From: Octopus sinensis
Taxonomy: Eukaryota
Assembly: GCF_006345805.1 (NCBI RefSeq)
Contig: NC_043022.1
Coordinates: 17,794,001-17,858,000, forward strand
Direction: 5' to 3'
Length of the DNA stretch: 64,000 nt
Under the pieces are notes generated by a model, which made no database searches, was not told where the DNA came from, and worked only from the letters and a program-made list of their open reading frames with translations. Of the stretch, positions 24,327 to 36,519 are shown one piece after another (positions within the stretch are counted from its first letter, which is position 1; each line of letters opens with the position of its first letter). Both the position numbers and the translations under genes were made by a program.

Positions 24327-25136
24327 TATAACCAATGAGGAGCCTCATTGCAACTGATCAATTTGCTAGAAATAGCAGTGAAAGAGCTCTCAGATCACTG
24401 CATTCTTTCTTAAATGAAGGTCACATTGACAAATGTTGTCTCAAGATAGAATGATTAAAGTTGGAACACTTGTGATCATTTGTCAGCTGAAGCAGGCCTG
24501 GCCAAGGGTTAAACAACATTTGTTGAAATAGATAAAAAAAAAAAAGAAGGAATTGAGGAGAGAACTGGATGAGAGGAAATAGGGGCAGAAAAGATCAAGT
24601 GTGAAGAAGGGTCAGGTGAGAAAGAGACCGAAATGGGGTTTGCTGGGTTTAGAAAAAGTTGTTGAGTCTAAAGCAATGGCTCTTGACTCATGGACCCCCT
24701 TCGATGCCCATTTTACTCTACTGGACCCTCATAGCCATTAAATGTTTTAATAAAATCCTATTAAATTTTTATAATTAAATATTAAGAATTTAATTAAGAA
24801 TATTTTGTGTTGTGGAAGTGGAAGCAATTTATTGCCGATAAATTTTAATGACAAAATCTTAAATGGACTCTCAAGGATCATTTGGTCCCCAGGTAAATAC
24901 CTCTGGTTTAGAGGATGAGAAAGTAAGTACTATAGTAGTAGGAAGTAAAAGAGTAAAGAAAATCACAGCTGGCCACGTACCAGGGGTCACTAAAGAAGAA
25001 TACTTTGAATTAGGTTTAGCTGGGACTTAAAAAAAAAAACCTTCATTGGATAAAACATAAACAGAGGGAGATTAAAAGTTAATAAGAAACATGTTAATTA
25101 AGTGAAAATTAATAATTTAGTAATTAGAGTAATTAC

Positions 25137-25303
25137 CCTCGTTTTTTGGTAAGAAGTAGAAGATCGTTAAATAGAAATAAATAAATAGGATTCTTTGTTG
25201 GTTTGCTTCTCTTGAATATTGTCTTACTTGACGGCTCACTGACAATCTCAATGGCTTCTCCTTTCTTTACCAACATCCGTGACGCGGAGATTAGGGGGAA
25301 CTC
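25137..25303 (-). CDS. Ephexin: Ephexin PH exon EFPLISASRMLVKKGE...YLFLFNDLLLLTKKR
   Basis: atttcag acceptor, GG|gtaatt donor; PH motif. Confidence 0.95.
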
Positions 25304-25363
25304 CTGAAATTGGGGAGGAAAACACAACAAATCTGAATGAATAAAGTTACAGGTGTGTGAGTG

Positions 25364-25399
<36 letters not shown>

Positions 25400-25459
25400 A
25401 TTTGGCTGCTATAAAAATCATGAGCAATGTTGATGTTGCTGTTGTTACTTCTGTCAACA

Positions 25460-25780
25460 AGTGAAGGCATATGGTTAGGACATTTGGCTCACAAATCATA
25501 AGATTGTGAGTTCAATTCCTGGTGGTGCACTTCAGCAAGCCACTTTATTTCTTGTTGCTTCAGGCCACTAAGTTGGCAAAAATGAGCTGTACGTGTATTT
25601 CAAAGGGGCCAGCCTTCTCACACTCGGTGGGTCACTTGAATCTCTCTGAGAATTATGTTAAAGGTACACAGGTCTGTGGAGTGCTCAGCCACTTGCACAC
25701 GGCTCTCCTTTAATCGGATTGACTGGAACCCGTGTCATCACAACTGACGGAGAGCCAACCTGTCAACAAATAGTTTGCTC
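25460..25780 (+). mobile_element. tRNA-derived SINE family D (gtctgtggagtgctcagccacttgca)
   Basis: Head ggttag..gagttcaattcc; copies 28550-28860(-), 42925-43258(+), 57325-57650(-), partial 49535-49690(+). Confidence 0.82.
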
Positions 25781-26104
25781 ACTTCACACATCCAAACACT
25801 TATGAAATAAAAGATATTTTATTTGAAAAACAAGGGTTAGTGAGAGGAAAGGCACCCAGCTGTAGAATAATGCCACAGTGATATATTCATCTAACCCATG
25901 CTAACATGGGAAAAGGAATATAAAAACAAATGGAAATTATGTAAGTATGGATAGGTGTATATTTATTGAAAATATACAATGGAAAAATGTGTGTATATTA
26001 AAGATGTACAATGAAAGCAAGTGCTGCAGCATGGTCTTACTCACACTGTCTAAAACTAAAGAGCTTACTGTCACACACACACAGACCCCTAGCGACACCC
26101 TTAC

Positions 26105-26194
26105 CTTGACCTTAAACTGCATCTGTTTCTGTAAGGCAATCAGTTCCTCCATACATTCCATCTGTCGTGCTCCCTCATTGCATTGTTTCACAAT
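26105..26194 (-). CDS. Ephexin: Ephexin DH-PH linker exon IVKQCNEGARQMECMEELIALQKQMQFKVK
   Basis: CNEGAR motif; ccccag acceptor, AAG|gtaagg donor. Confidence 0.95.
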
Positions 26195-26692
26195 CTGGGG
26201 TTATGTGAAGAAGAGTCAGGCAGGTTCAGAAAAAGGGAGAGAAAGAAAAGGGGACTGTGTCAGAGGATCAAAATATACAAAACAATAAGAACAATGAGAT
26301 TAACAAAATGAGCTTAGAAATAGCAGCCAAATCTCTCCCTCAAATGATACATTACCATGTTGGGGAAAAAAACACTAAGTACACTATACCTGAAATGAGA
26401 GGGGATAGTCATGGTTGGAATGCTTTTGGTCATATAAAGGATCAAGGCTACAATAGAATTGCCAGGAGTCACCAAAGGGGCAGTGACATTGACTGGTTAG
26501 AAATAGCAACCAAATCACACATTGCCATTTTGAGAAGGGACAAGTTTCTTTTATATTATGTGCTCATATATTAAATACATCTAAAAAGACAGGGTGGTCA
26601 CAGATGGAATGTTTTTGTTAATTAGTCCTGCATGATTCAATCAGGGTTGCTCTGGTATTAACAGTATCAGAATTTCTTGGGACTGGTTTTAA

Positions 26693-26891
26693 CCCTTTAG
26701 CATTGAAACCAGCTACATCCAGGACCCAGATATTCTTCCTGTTTTATGTTCAAAATGGTCAGATCTGGTCTCTAATGCCTACCCTACAATGTCACAACAT
26801 CAAAATCTTGAAGCTATGAGATAATCTAGGATTAACGGAAAACAATGTGAATAAATAAGGATTACATTTGACCAAGTAATGCCAAAAAGGG
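26693..26891. mobile_element. piggyBac-like MITE (TTAA TSD)
   Basis: TTAA|CCCTTTAGCATT ... AAAGGG|TTAA; related copies at 22203-22401 and 46494-46705, partial at ~17555-17665 and ~43255-43400. Confidence 0.7.
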
Positions 26892-27613
26892 TTAAAGTCA
26901 ATAAGGATTGAAAATAATCCCCAAACTCTTTGGTAAAATCGACCAAATCCGTAACAATGCATAAAAGACAAACCCTACTCCTTAAGAATTTCTATTATTG
27001 AAGGCCCATTCTATCCTTTTGAAAGTCTTTTTGTTCTTGACAGAGTAAGTCTTTGACTATTTCATCCCATGTGTCCTTCCTTTCTTTTTAGGATAGTAAG
27101 CTGTATTTTTAGAAAGCATTAGTCTATTGATTTTTTTCCCTCTATGTATTACTGGAATGTATTTTATAAGCCTTGGACAGATCAAAGACAGAAATGGCCC
27201 CAACAACCCATTATATCAGTTCATTTCAGCTTTGTTCCACTTCACCTTTCTTATTTTAAGAGTTATTTCTTACAAAGCCTCACATTTATTGTGTAAAGAA
27301 AAAGAATAGGAATCTGTGATATCTGTTACTTTTCTCAAGACCCATAAAGACATACATGATGTGTAATGTTTCCAACTGGGGATTGAAACCAGACTGTTGG
27401 CTGTGTTTTATGTAACAAGAAGCTCATCAACTGCATTTCCTGAAACTGTTTGTTTTTGTAGGACTGTGAGGAAGGAGCAACATAAACTATACATTCTGGG
27501 CAAAGATGAGTTGTGGCAATCATGCCTCTCCACAATATACCCTGCAACTTGCAGAGATTCAATATCAGGTGTTGGGGTGAATTTTGGTTTACCTGGGGAT
27601 TGAACTCACTCAC

Positions 27614-27815
27614 CTTGTTGATGGCCAGCAGTGCGATTTCAGCTGATCTATATCGATCGGTGTTTGGGTCTAATCGATGTCGGATTGAATCAATGAGCAA
27701 CGGGATGCGTGTAATTCTCTGCATCGGAAGAAGCAGGAAAGTTTTCATTGGGAGCCGTTGACAGGCATCTTTGCGTTCAATCGACTTCAGAGCTGTCTCA
27801 AATTCAGGACGTTTT
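27614..27815 (-). CDS. Ephexin: Ephexin DH exon KRPEF...CQRLPMKTFLLLPMQRITRIPLL...AINK
   Basis: DH conserved region 3; ttgttgtag acceptor, AAG|gtgagt donor. Confidence 0.96.
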
Positions 27816-28293
27816 CTACAACAAAATAAACAAACAATCATCATCGTCATTTAACATCCATGTTTGATGCTGGATCTGACTGGACTGAAGAAGGCTTTGT
27901 TGCTCTCCAATTGTCTCTTTTGGCAAGGTTTTTACGACTGAATGTCCTTCCTACCATCAACCATTTTCCAAAATGTTCTCGATGCATTTTTCATACCAAA
28001 GCACAAATGAGGTGAATGAGTTACACCCAAGACAAGACCTCTTCTCAGGGTGGAGATGCAGGATCAAGCGGGGTGGCTTTATGCAAAATGCAGACAGGCT
28101 AAAGTAGGATTGATGGACAAAAATAAGGGTCTAGCTGCAGGAAACAATAAAATAAAAGGTTTAACAACTTCAGTTCTAAACGGGAAATGACATCAGACCA
28201 AAGAATCGGTTCATATCAGACATTTACAGAGAGAAACAGAAGAGAGAGAGAGTTTGTGTGAATAGTGAAGATTCTCCCTTGTTGCATACTCAC

Positions 28294-28449
28294 AGCAGTT
28301 TGTTGTACATCCTCTCCTGGTATGTCATGTTGGTACAGTAACGAATGTAGACATTGAAGGTGTCTTTCTGTACGTGCTCTGTTATTATGTCACAAATGTC
28401 ATGAATTTGTGACGACTTCTTCCAGCGCTCTTCCAGATCAGCAAGGAAT
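28294..28449 (-). CDS. Ephexin: Ephexin DH exon FLADLEERW...YIRYCTNMTYQERMYNKL
   Basis: tttgtag acceptor, CT|gtgagt donor; phase 2 to 2. Confidence 0.95.
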
Positions 28450-28549
28450 CTACAAACAGTCAGAAAATAATATAAATGTATATATAGAGACAAAAAATAA
28501 TATAAATGTATATATTATTTTATATACCTATTATTAACTGGCACTTTGT

Positions 28550-28860
28550 TGGTTATGATGAGTGTTTCTGTGGATCCAATGGAACAGCCTGCTCGGGAAA
28601 TTAATGAACAAGTGGCTGAGCGCTCCATAGACATGCGTACCCTCAACATAAGTTCTCTGGGAGATTCAGTGTGATGCAGAATGTGAAAAGGCTGGCCCCT
28701 TTTGAATTACAAGTACAGCTGGTTTTCGCCAGCTGAGTGGACTGGAGCAATGTAAGATAAAGGGTCTTGCCCAAGGACACAATGTGCCCCCAGGAATTGA
28801 ACTGGTAATGTTATGATTGGGAGCTGAATACCTTAACCAATAAGCAAGGCACCTTCACAT
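28550..28860 (-). mobile_element. SINE family D
   Basis: Reverse complement of the family D body (caagtggctgagcgctccatagac, ggaattgaac). Confidence 0.8.
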
Positions 28861-28989
28861 ACATTTTATTATATCAAATATATATACCGCTCATATCATA
28901 TAAATGATATATAGACAGAAAATAATGTGTGTATATAAAATGTATAACACACACACACATATAAATAATGTACTGTTCCATGATAGAAA

Positions 28990-29189
28990 ATTCAACAAAA
29001 AAAAGGACTCCATCTGGAGAGGGATAAATATTATTTATTTAAAGGGTACAATACATGTATTGTGCCCTTTAAATAAATTATATATATATATAAATATTAT
29101 ATATACATTATATATATACATAATATATATATATACATATATATATATATAATACATATATATATATATATACATATATATATACATAC

Positions 29190-29287
<98 letters not shown>

Positions 29288-29983
29288 ATATATATACATA
29301 TATATATTATATATATATACATATACATATATATTATATATACATATATATATATATACATATATATATATTATACATATATATATATGTATATACATAT
29401 ATATATATATACTATACATATATATATATATACAATATAATATATACATATATATATATATACATATACATATATATATATATACATATATATATATACA
29501 TATATATATATATACATATACATTATATATATATACTAGATATATAATATATACATATATATATACATATACATATATAATATATATACATATATATATA
29601 CATATAATTATATATACATACATATATATATACATTATATATATATTATTATACATATATATACATACATACATATATATACATACATACATATAATACA
29701 TACATACATATATATACATACATACATATATATACATACATACATATATATACATACATACATATATATATATACATACATATACATACATACATATATA
29801 TACATACATACATATATACTACATACATATATATAGTACATACATATATATATAGTAACAACTATATATATATACATACATATATATATATACATACAAT
29901 ATACATACATACATACATAACATACATAACATACATACATACATACTACATATACATACATACATATATATACATACATATAC

Positions 29984-30017
<34 letters not shown>

Positions 30018-30373
30018 ACATACATATATATATATACATACATATATATTACATACATATATATATATACATACATATATATATACACATATATATATAT
30101 AACACATATATATATATACACATATATATATATACACATTATTATATATACACACTATATATATATACATATATATATATAATATACATACATATATATA
30201 TATACATACATTATTATATACACATATATATTATACACATATATATATATATACATATATATATATACACATATATATATATACACACATATATATATAT
30301 ACATATATATAATAATATATATATATAACATATATAATATACACATATATATATATACATATATATATATTAC

Positions 30374-30404
<31 letters not shown>

Positions 30405-30447
30405 CATATATATATACATATATATATATACATATATATATATGTAC

Positions 30448-30482
<35 letters not shown>

Positions 30483-30876
30483 CATATATTATATATATAT
30501 ATATATATATATACATATATATATACATATACATATATATATATATATATATATACATATATACATATATATGGCGTTAGGAAGGGCATCCAGCTGTAGA
30601 AACATTGCCAAATTAGACTGGAGCCTGGTGCAGCCTTCTGGCTTCCCAGAACCCCGGTCGAACCGTCCAACCCATGCTAGCATGGAGAACGGACGTTAAA
30701 CGACGATGATGATGATGATGATATATACATATATATATACATATATATATATACATACATATATATATATACATACATATATATATATATATACATATAA
30801 TATATATATATATAAATATTATATATATATAAAATATATATATATAATAATATATATATATATATATAAATATATA

Positions 30877-30932
<56 letters not shown>
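28990..30932. repeat. ~1.9-kb compound (TA)n/(TACA)n microsatellite in an ephexin intron
   Basis: Nearly pure A/T with interspersed C; family C fragment inserted at 30571-30720. Confidence 0.97.
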
Positions 30933-30935
<3 letters not shown>

Positions 30936-31369
30936 CGGTGGTGCCAATACAATTAAAGACAAGAGTTCACTGTTAGTTATGTACTTTCTAATTATTTAAT
31001 TAATATTCAAATTATGTACAGAAAGAAAATTTCCTCCTGTCTTATGTAAATTCAAACAATGCCTTTTTCGTCCTTATTGCATGGTGTGTGTGTGTGTTTA
31101 TATGCAGGTATTTGTCTGTTGATGTTTAGGCTGGATAGTAACATCATCATCATCTCTAGTATGCCTGTGTGTGTGTGTGTGTGTGGTGGGGGAATGGATA
31201 CAACTTGGCCACGGTCTTCCCCCCCAATACTAACAAGTTGATCATGAAAGAGAAGATCTAGTTGGCGACAAGTGTCCCAGGGTTAAACAACAAGCTGTCC
31301 ACATAAAAAAGGAGGACGGATGGGCGGGGGGGGGGGGAGATATTGAAAGGAAAAAACGATTCTACTTAC

Positions 31370-31545
31370 TTTTCACTGGTTTCTCTGACGGCTCCAATAT
31401 TGGAGAACATTTCATGGCGCTCCTGTCGACTGAGAATACTTTTACCAGATTTGTCGGAAAATTCTGGACTCAGAAGGAATGTTGTCATTAAGATATTCAA
31501 ACTCTTTAGATATGACGCTTCTGATGTAATTACTTCAAAAATAGC
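31370..31545 (-). CDS. Ephexin: Ephexin DH exon AIFEVITSEASYLKSLNIL...FSNIGAVRETSE
   Basis: DH conserved region 1; ttaacag acceptor, AA|gtaagt donor; not in the ORF track. Confidence 0.95.
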
Positions 31546-33257
31546 CTGTTAATGAGGTTGTCGTTATGTTGTTGAGGAGGTGGTGGTGGTGGTGGTGAAA
31601 ATGAAAGAGAAGTTGAGTGTTATACATACATAACATCCATCCATATAAGCTGTGTAATAAATGCACACACACATACATACTGAGAAATACAGACACAGGG
31701 GCATGCCATGTCCCTTGACTAAATATAAGGCCATTATTTTAACCCTCCGTTGGTGCAGCTTACCCCAAATAATGCTTCATTACAAATACCTTACATCTAG
31801 CAGCGGATTACATCCTCCCATGTGATTTCCTGCCAATGTCCACTGAGTTGATACATCAGGTTGCTTGGTCTGCTGTTAGCAAATGGAGGCAGTAGACATG
31901 CACCAATTGCATTTCGGGGTGTAGCAAACCCCTTCACACCTTTCTTACAGGTAATTTTTCTAAAGCATATATTTCCTTTATTATCTTAAACGTGTGTGTC
32001 CTAAGGTTCAGTTGTGGCAGACACAACATAATATACTTTGGTGTTCTTCTTCTTATAATACATTATTATGATGACTTTGGAGGTATTACTTCCAAAGTTC
32101 TCGACAATGATGCACAATGCTCTCCAGATTGAAGGGTCAGAGGACAAAGAATGGCTGTGAGAAGTGTTTGAAACCCAGCTGCTTGGACCATTCATTCATG
32201 GTTTGTGTTCACTGCTATGGTGAGGGTAACAAGGATGAGGATGCAAGCAGTGACAAGGAATGGATAGTGACCCCAAAATGGTTGACCAAATCAAATGTCT
32301 GCTCTTTTTGTTTGCTTGTCCTCGTAGTCTTTCATTTCTTTTTCAATTGTCCAATACAAAGAATTTCCTTTCTATAAGATCAAAATATCTTTTAAGAAAT
32401 AAATCGTAGAGAAAAGTCTTGATAAATAGTTGTAAAACTAATAAGAAATAAAATATCTGGGGTAAATCAGACTCCACTGCAACCAAAAGAGGGTTAAGAG
32501 AACATCATCGTTATTATTTGATGTCCCTTCTTCCATGCTGGAATGGTTTGGATGGTTTAACGAGGACTGATAATCCAAAGAGCACTGCCAGGTTCTATGT
32601 CAGACGTAGAACTTGGCAGAGTCCTCTGCAGTGCCTGTTCTTGTCAATCTGTCCAACTCATGCCAGCATGGAAGAAGGGCCATTAATTCAATCTGTGTAA
32701 AGGTAATGGGATGGATTCTATCCAACTTTAGGGGTGCATAAAATAAAGTTAATTTTGCCGACATCAGTTGTAACACAGTACTTTGTTTCATCAAAAAGAG
32801 TTTGACAAATAGCTGCTCCCCAAGTTTTTCAGACAAAATTAAGGACCAACAGATTCTTTCCATCAAACAGAAACTAATTTTGTGCAGGGTTTTCTAATTA
32901 TCCCTATTTTCTAATTCTATCTCATCCAGAATGTACTTGTTTTTAGATATTTACAAGGATTAAGACCTTCTGTAAATAATGAAATTATATCAGACCATGC
33001 TGCAGCATCACTCACGTTTTCTCTTCACTCACAACATAATCGCTCGTTCATATTGTAATCCCAACAAAGATTTGTTCCAGAAAATGTGTTTAAACTATAA
33101 ATGTTGTACCTCAATTAAATATCTTATTTTTAAGGAAAATCAGGAGACCTCTCTCTCTCTATATATATATGTAGATATATATCAACACACAAGTTGATAT
33201 ATATGGAAAAAAAAAGTCAAGGTAGAAAATGCTAAAATAATTTTATAAAAAACATTT

Positions 33258-33293
33258 CAGTATCGATTTCAGTCATTGAGACTTCTTCAACTG
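33258..33293 (-). ncRNA. Minimal type I hammerhead ribozyme-like motif (second copy)
   Basis: CAG-TTGAAGA-AGTC(tcaat)GACT-GAAA-TCGA-TA-CTG: stem III palindrome ATCGAT, perfect CAG/CTG stem I. Confidence 0.6.
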
Positions 33294-33595
33294 TTAGTAT
33301 GGAAAAGAATTAAATCTTGAAAGAATTAAAAGAAAAGTTTTTTTAAAAGAATATTTGCATAGTATTCAAATACAAGGGAACATTTTCCTTGTTTCTGCCT
33401 GTCTCTGTCTCTCTTGTTTACTCTTGTGGGTTCGAGGTCATTGTGAATTCTTCTTGGACCCACAAGAGTAAACAAGAAAGACAGAGACAGGCAGAAACAA
33501 GGAAAATGTTCCCTTGTATTTGAATACTATGCAAATATTCTTTCAAAAAAACTTTTCTTTTAATTTTTTCAAGATTTAATTGTTTTCTATATTTA

Positions 33596-33631
33596 CAGTT
33601 GAAGAAGTCTCAATGACTGAAACCGGTATTG
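33596..33631 (+). ncRNA. Minimal type I hammerhead ribozyme-like motif
   Basis: CAG-TTGAAGA-AGTC(tcaat)GACT-GAAA-CCGG-TA-TTG: core boxes, 4-bp stem II, palindromic stem III ACCGGT, GUA cleavage triplet; non-canonical U at position 3. Confidence 0.6.
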
Positions 33632-34547
33632 AAATGTTTTTCATAAAATTATTTTAGCATTTTCTACCTTGACTTTTTTCCTACGTGTATGAGAGTAGAA
33701 GGGAGATAATTCCTCACTAATTACCTCCTAAGGGCGGAGAGTGAAGAAGGACGGCTGTGTGGCCATTGTCATCTGTCCAAACTGACTTTAATATAACTGT
33801 GGTTATTTTATTTATGACTTGAAAGTTTTGTTATTTCTTACAGGAAGACTTCAAAGTTATGGATTCCATCTCAGCTGAAAACTGAAAAGCCATGATTCTT
33901 GGAGGAAAGAGATGCAAATCCGGAAGTTGCCAATGAGATTAGGGCTCAAACAAAGGGACATGGTTTTATTAAAGTCAGGGAGACTCAACTCCAAATGGAC
34001 AATGCCATCTTAAATGACAATGATGGATTCTAACAGCTCCACAAATCAATGTGTTACACTTTCTTGGAAAGACTCCAACCAAGTGAAATCTTTTACAGAT
34101 TTTGAAGGGGAAAGGAAGAAATCATTGTGAAAATATCTCTTTTAGTTTCTTTTGTCACCAGATTTACAAATAATTAAATTGGTAAAGATGCTTACAAGGC
34201 ACCGAAACTGCAAATATCAGATTAAAAGATGGTCAGTGAGTGAAAGTTGGGAAAAATCAGGTCTGCAGAGACTCTCGGTGATTCATCAGAAACGAAAAAT
34301 TCCCTAACAGCGTTGGATATTGTGCATGATGAAAGTGAGGGGAAAAAATGGAGGGGATTAGGGCAGGGGATGAAATCGATGTATTTGCTCAACTTCTAAG
34401 TCATTTAAGTAGTCACAATGGAAACGGTGGGGGATGAATTAACAGAAAAGTAAACCCAAGTTTACAAGACGGGGGGGGGGGGGGGGGAGAGATACACAGT
34501 TTTTGAAACAATAAAAAAACACAATAAAGCATCAAAAGACATTTTAC

Positions 34548-34604
34548 CTCTTGGCATTTCCTTTCAGAGTCTGAAATTGTTTTTAAGAGACCAGAGTTCT
34601 TCAC
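34548..34604 (-). CDS. Ephexin: Ephexin exon VKNSGLLKTISDSERKCQE
   Basis: tttttacag acceptor, GAG|gtaaaa donor; 57 nt, phase 0 to 0; leads into the DH domain. Confidence 0.9.
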
Positions 34605-35591
34605 CTGTAAAAATTAGGGAAAAAATAAAAATAAAATGAGATTTACACTCTCTTTCACACACACACACGACCAGTAACACTGAGTAAGAGACCTCCCCCC
34701 CACCTCATTCTACTTTATTGGACAATTTCTTCCGTGCCACTGGCAGCATAAAATATACCACACACACTGTATATTGAATTTCCCAAGCTAGATTAGAGGC
34801 TACCTATCCAGGAAGACATCAAACTTGGAATATGCAGTGACAAAGGGAACAGGGGCATCGGTAGTTCTCTCGCAGTGAACAAACTCTCTTTAACGAGTGG
34901 CAGAAAAAGCAATGGGTCCATGTTGCAAGGCATAAAATTGTTGAAGACTTCTGTTATTGGGAGAGAGAGAGATTGAAGAACAAACAAATGTAGTCTGACC
35001 ACTACCCCAGTTCCTCTCCCCTACTCACTTTGTGCCTTGAGGGACAACCTGTACAATACATCAACACTATTTCTTTCTTTGCAAATCTTCCATCTGATCA
35101 TTCTCAGCTTTTCTCATTCTCTCTTCTGAAAGTGAGAAGCCATGAACCCCCTTCTACAACCCACCCACCTCTGACCCTTTCATTCTTACTTCAACTCCTC
35201 ATCTCTTTGCATAAAACCAAACCCAATTTTATTAGGGGTTCATTGACTTGCAAGCTGCATGGTGACCTAACAATTGCTGGTGTCACATAAAAAGCATCCA
35301 GCTCACATCGTAACATGGTTGCTAATAGGAGGGGCATCCAGTCAAAGGGGCCATGCCAAAGCAGACAATGGAGCATGATGAAGCCCTTGGACCCGTCAGA
35401 CTGTCCAGCCTATACCAACATAGAACATGGCTGTTAAATAATGATGATAATAAATACACATATTTATTTATCTAATAATTAAGGATAAAATCTTTATGAT
35501 TTTATTAAATAGTCAGCCATGATCTCGTTTTTCTTCATAAAAACAGCAGCAATCTGTCCCTTTCTTCAATCCAAAACCCTTCCAGTCTCAC

Positions 35592-35714
35592 CTTCATTAT
35601 TTCTGTTGGCTTCAGATGAGGAAGAGTGCTGAAGATGTTTTTCTTGCGTTTCGGGCAGACGTTTGCTCCATTTATCAATAAAATTATTTTAATAATAATA
35701 AAACCAAGTTTCAT
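35592..35714 (-). CDS. Candidate alternative first coding exon MKLGFIIIKIILLINGANVCPKRKKNIFSTLPHLKPTEIMK
   Basis: ATG-initiated 41-codon open frame ending at AAG|gtgaga (phase 0), in frame with exon 34604; no obvious acceptor upstream. Confidence 0.4.
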
Positions 35715-36319
35715 TTATGTTTTGGTAAATAATAAAGGGACCAAAAATAAACAATATGGTGATTAAAATAAGCAGCACGTAGATCACGCACTTAAGTAAA
35801 AAGTTGCTCACGTAGAATGATACGCTAAAGCAGCACAAAGTAACCAAACAAAGGTAACCTAAAGTAATCGCCCTTTAAGTTGCAGATCCCCAGTCAAAGT
35901 GGTCCCACAACGTTTCTTTCCACTGTCCCCATGTTTTTGTCTTCCTCATCTTCAAGTGTTTCAAATGGAAACATCAAAGTCAATTCCACTTCTGAAATCT
36001 TTTATTTAGCATTAAACTGATAATCATCAAACTCTTCTCAATTTGTCTTCATTGCTGCTATTTTTGTCATTTATTTTACATAACACACACACAAGTTTGA
36101 GGTTGATTTGTTTGCTATTTCTAGCAGGTTGAGCAACTGACAGAGGTTCCTCTTGTTGGTTTGTGACTCAGTAGTTATATTAAGAAGTAAAACCTATGGA
36201 ACGCTTTCTTTAATATTTATAATTTTAATATAAATGTAATCAGATGGCAATGTAAAAAATGGTGAAACTATGAAATTGAGGAGACTATATTTAGAATAAA
36301 TAAACCGTTTGGTGTTTAC

Positions 36320-36474
36320 CTGTGGCATCTCATGCCATAATGTTCGCTGTGAGTTGGCTCGGAGGAATTCACTTCCCAAAGACTCAGAACCTTGAGATTC
36401 CGATGTACTTGTGTTGGAAACCTTACTTTCACTTTTTCCGGAATCCAGGGATCCAATTTCACAATAAATATGAG
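36320..36474 (-). CDS. Ephexin: Ephexin exon HIYCEIGS...RTLWHEMPQ
   Basis: tttgtttcag acceptor, CAG|gtaaac donor; LWxxxPxV pre-DH motif; phase 1 to 0. Confidence 0.88.
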
Positions 36475-36519
36475 CTGAAACAAATATATTGCAGAACTGA
36501 AGGAAGAAATACAGAATTT

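Larger units (their letters stand above)
33205..33681. mobile_element. Palindromic element, probably Penelope-like (PLE)-derived inverted repeat
   Basis: About 228-bp arms (33205-33433 / 33456-33681) around a ~22-nt loop; each arm carries a hammerhead-like motif pointing outward. Confidence 0.75.

Noticed and set aside
24600-24640. GTGAAGA..GGTC..GACC-GAAA hammerhead-like string
   Set aside because: G at core position 3, no stem III/NUH triplet or stem I.
29035-30999. Many long ORFs such as MYIYIY...
   Set aside because: Translations of (TA)n/(TACA)n microsatellites; the same applies to ORFs at 8209-8563, 9133-9352, 16205-16484, 39434-39751 and 57986-58242.
35771-35836. AGCAGCAC(GTA) resembling the miR-15/16 seed
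   Set aside because: No precursor hairpin; short match, better explained as part of the TACGTG motifs or chance.
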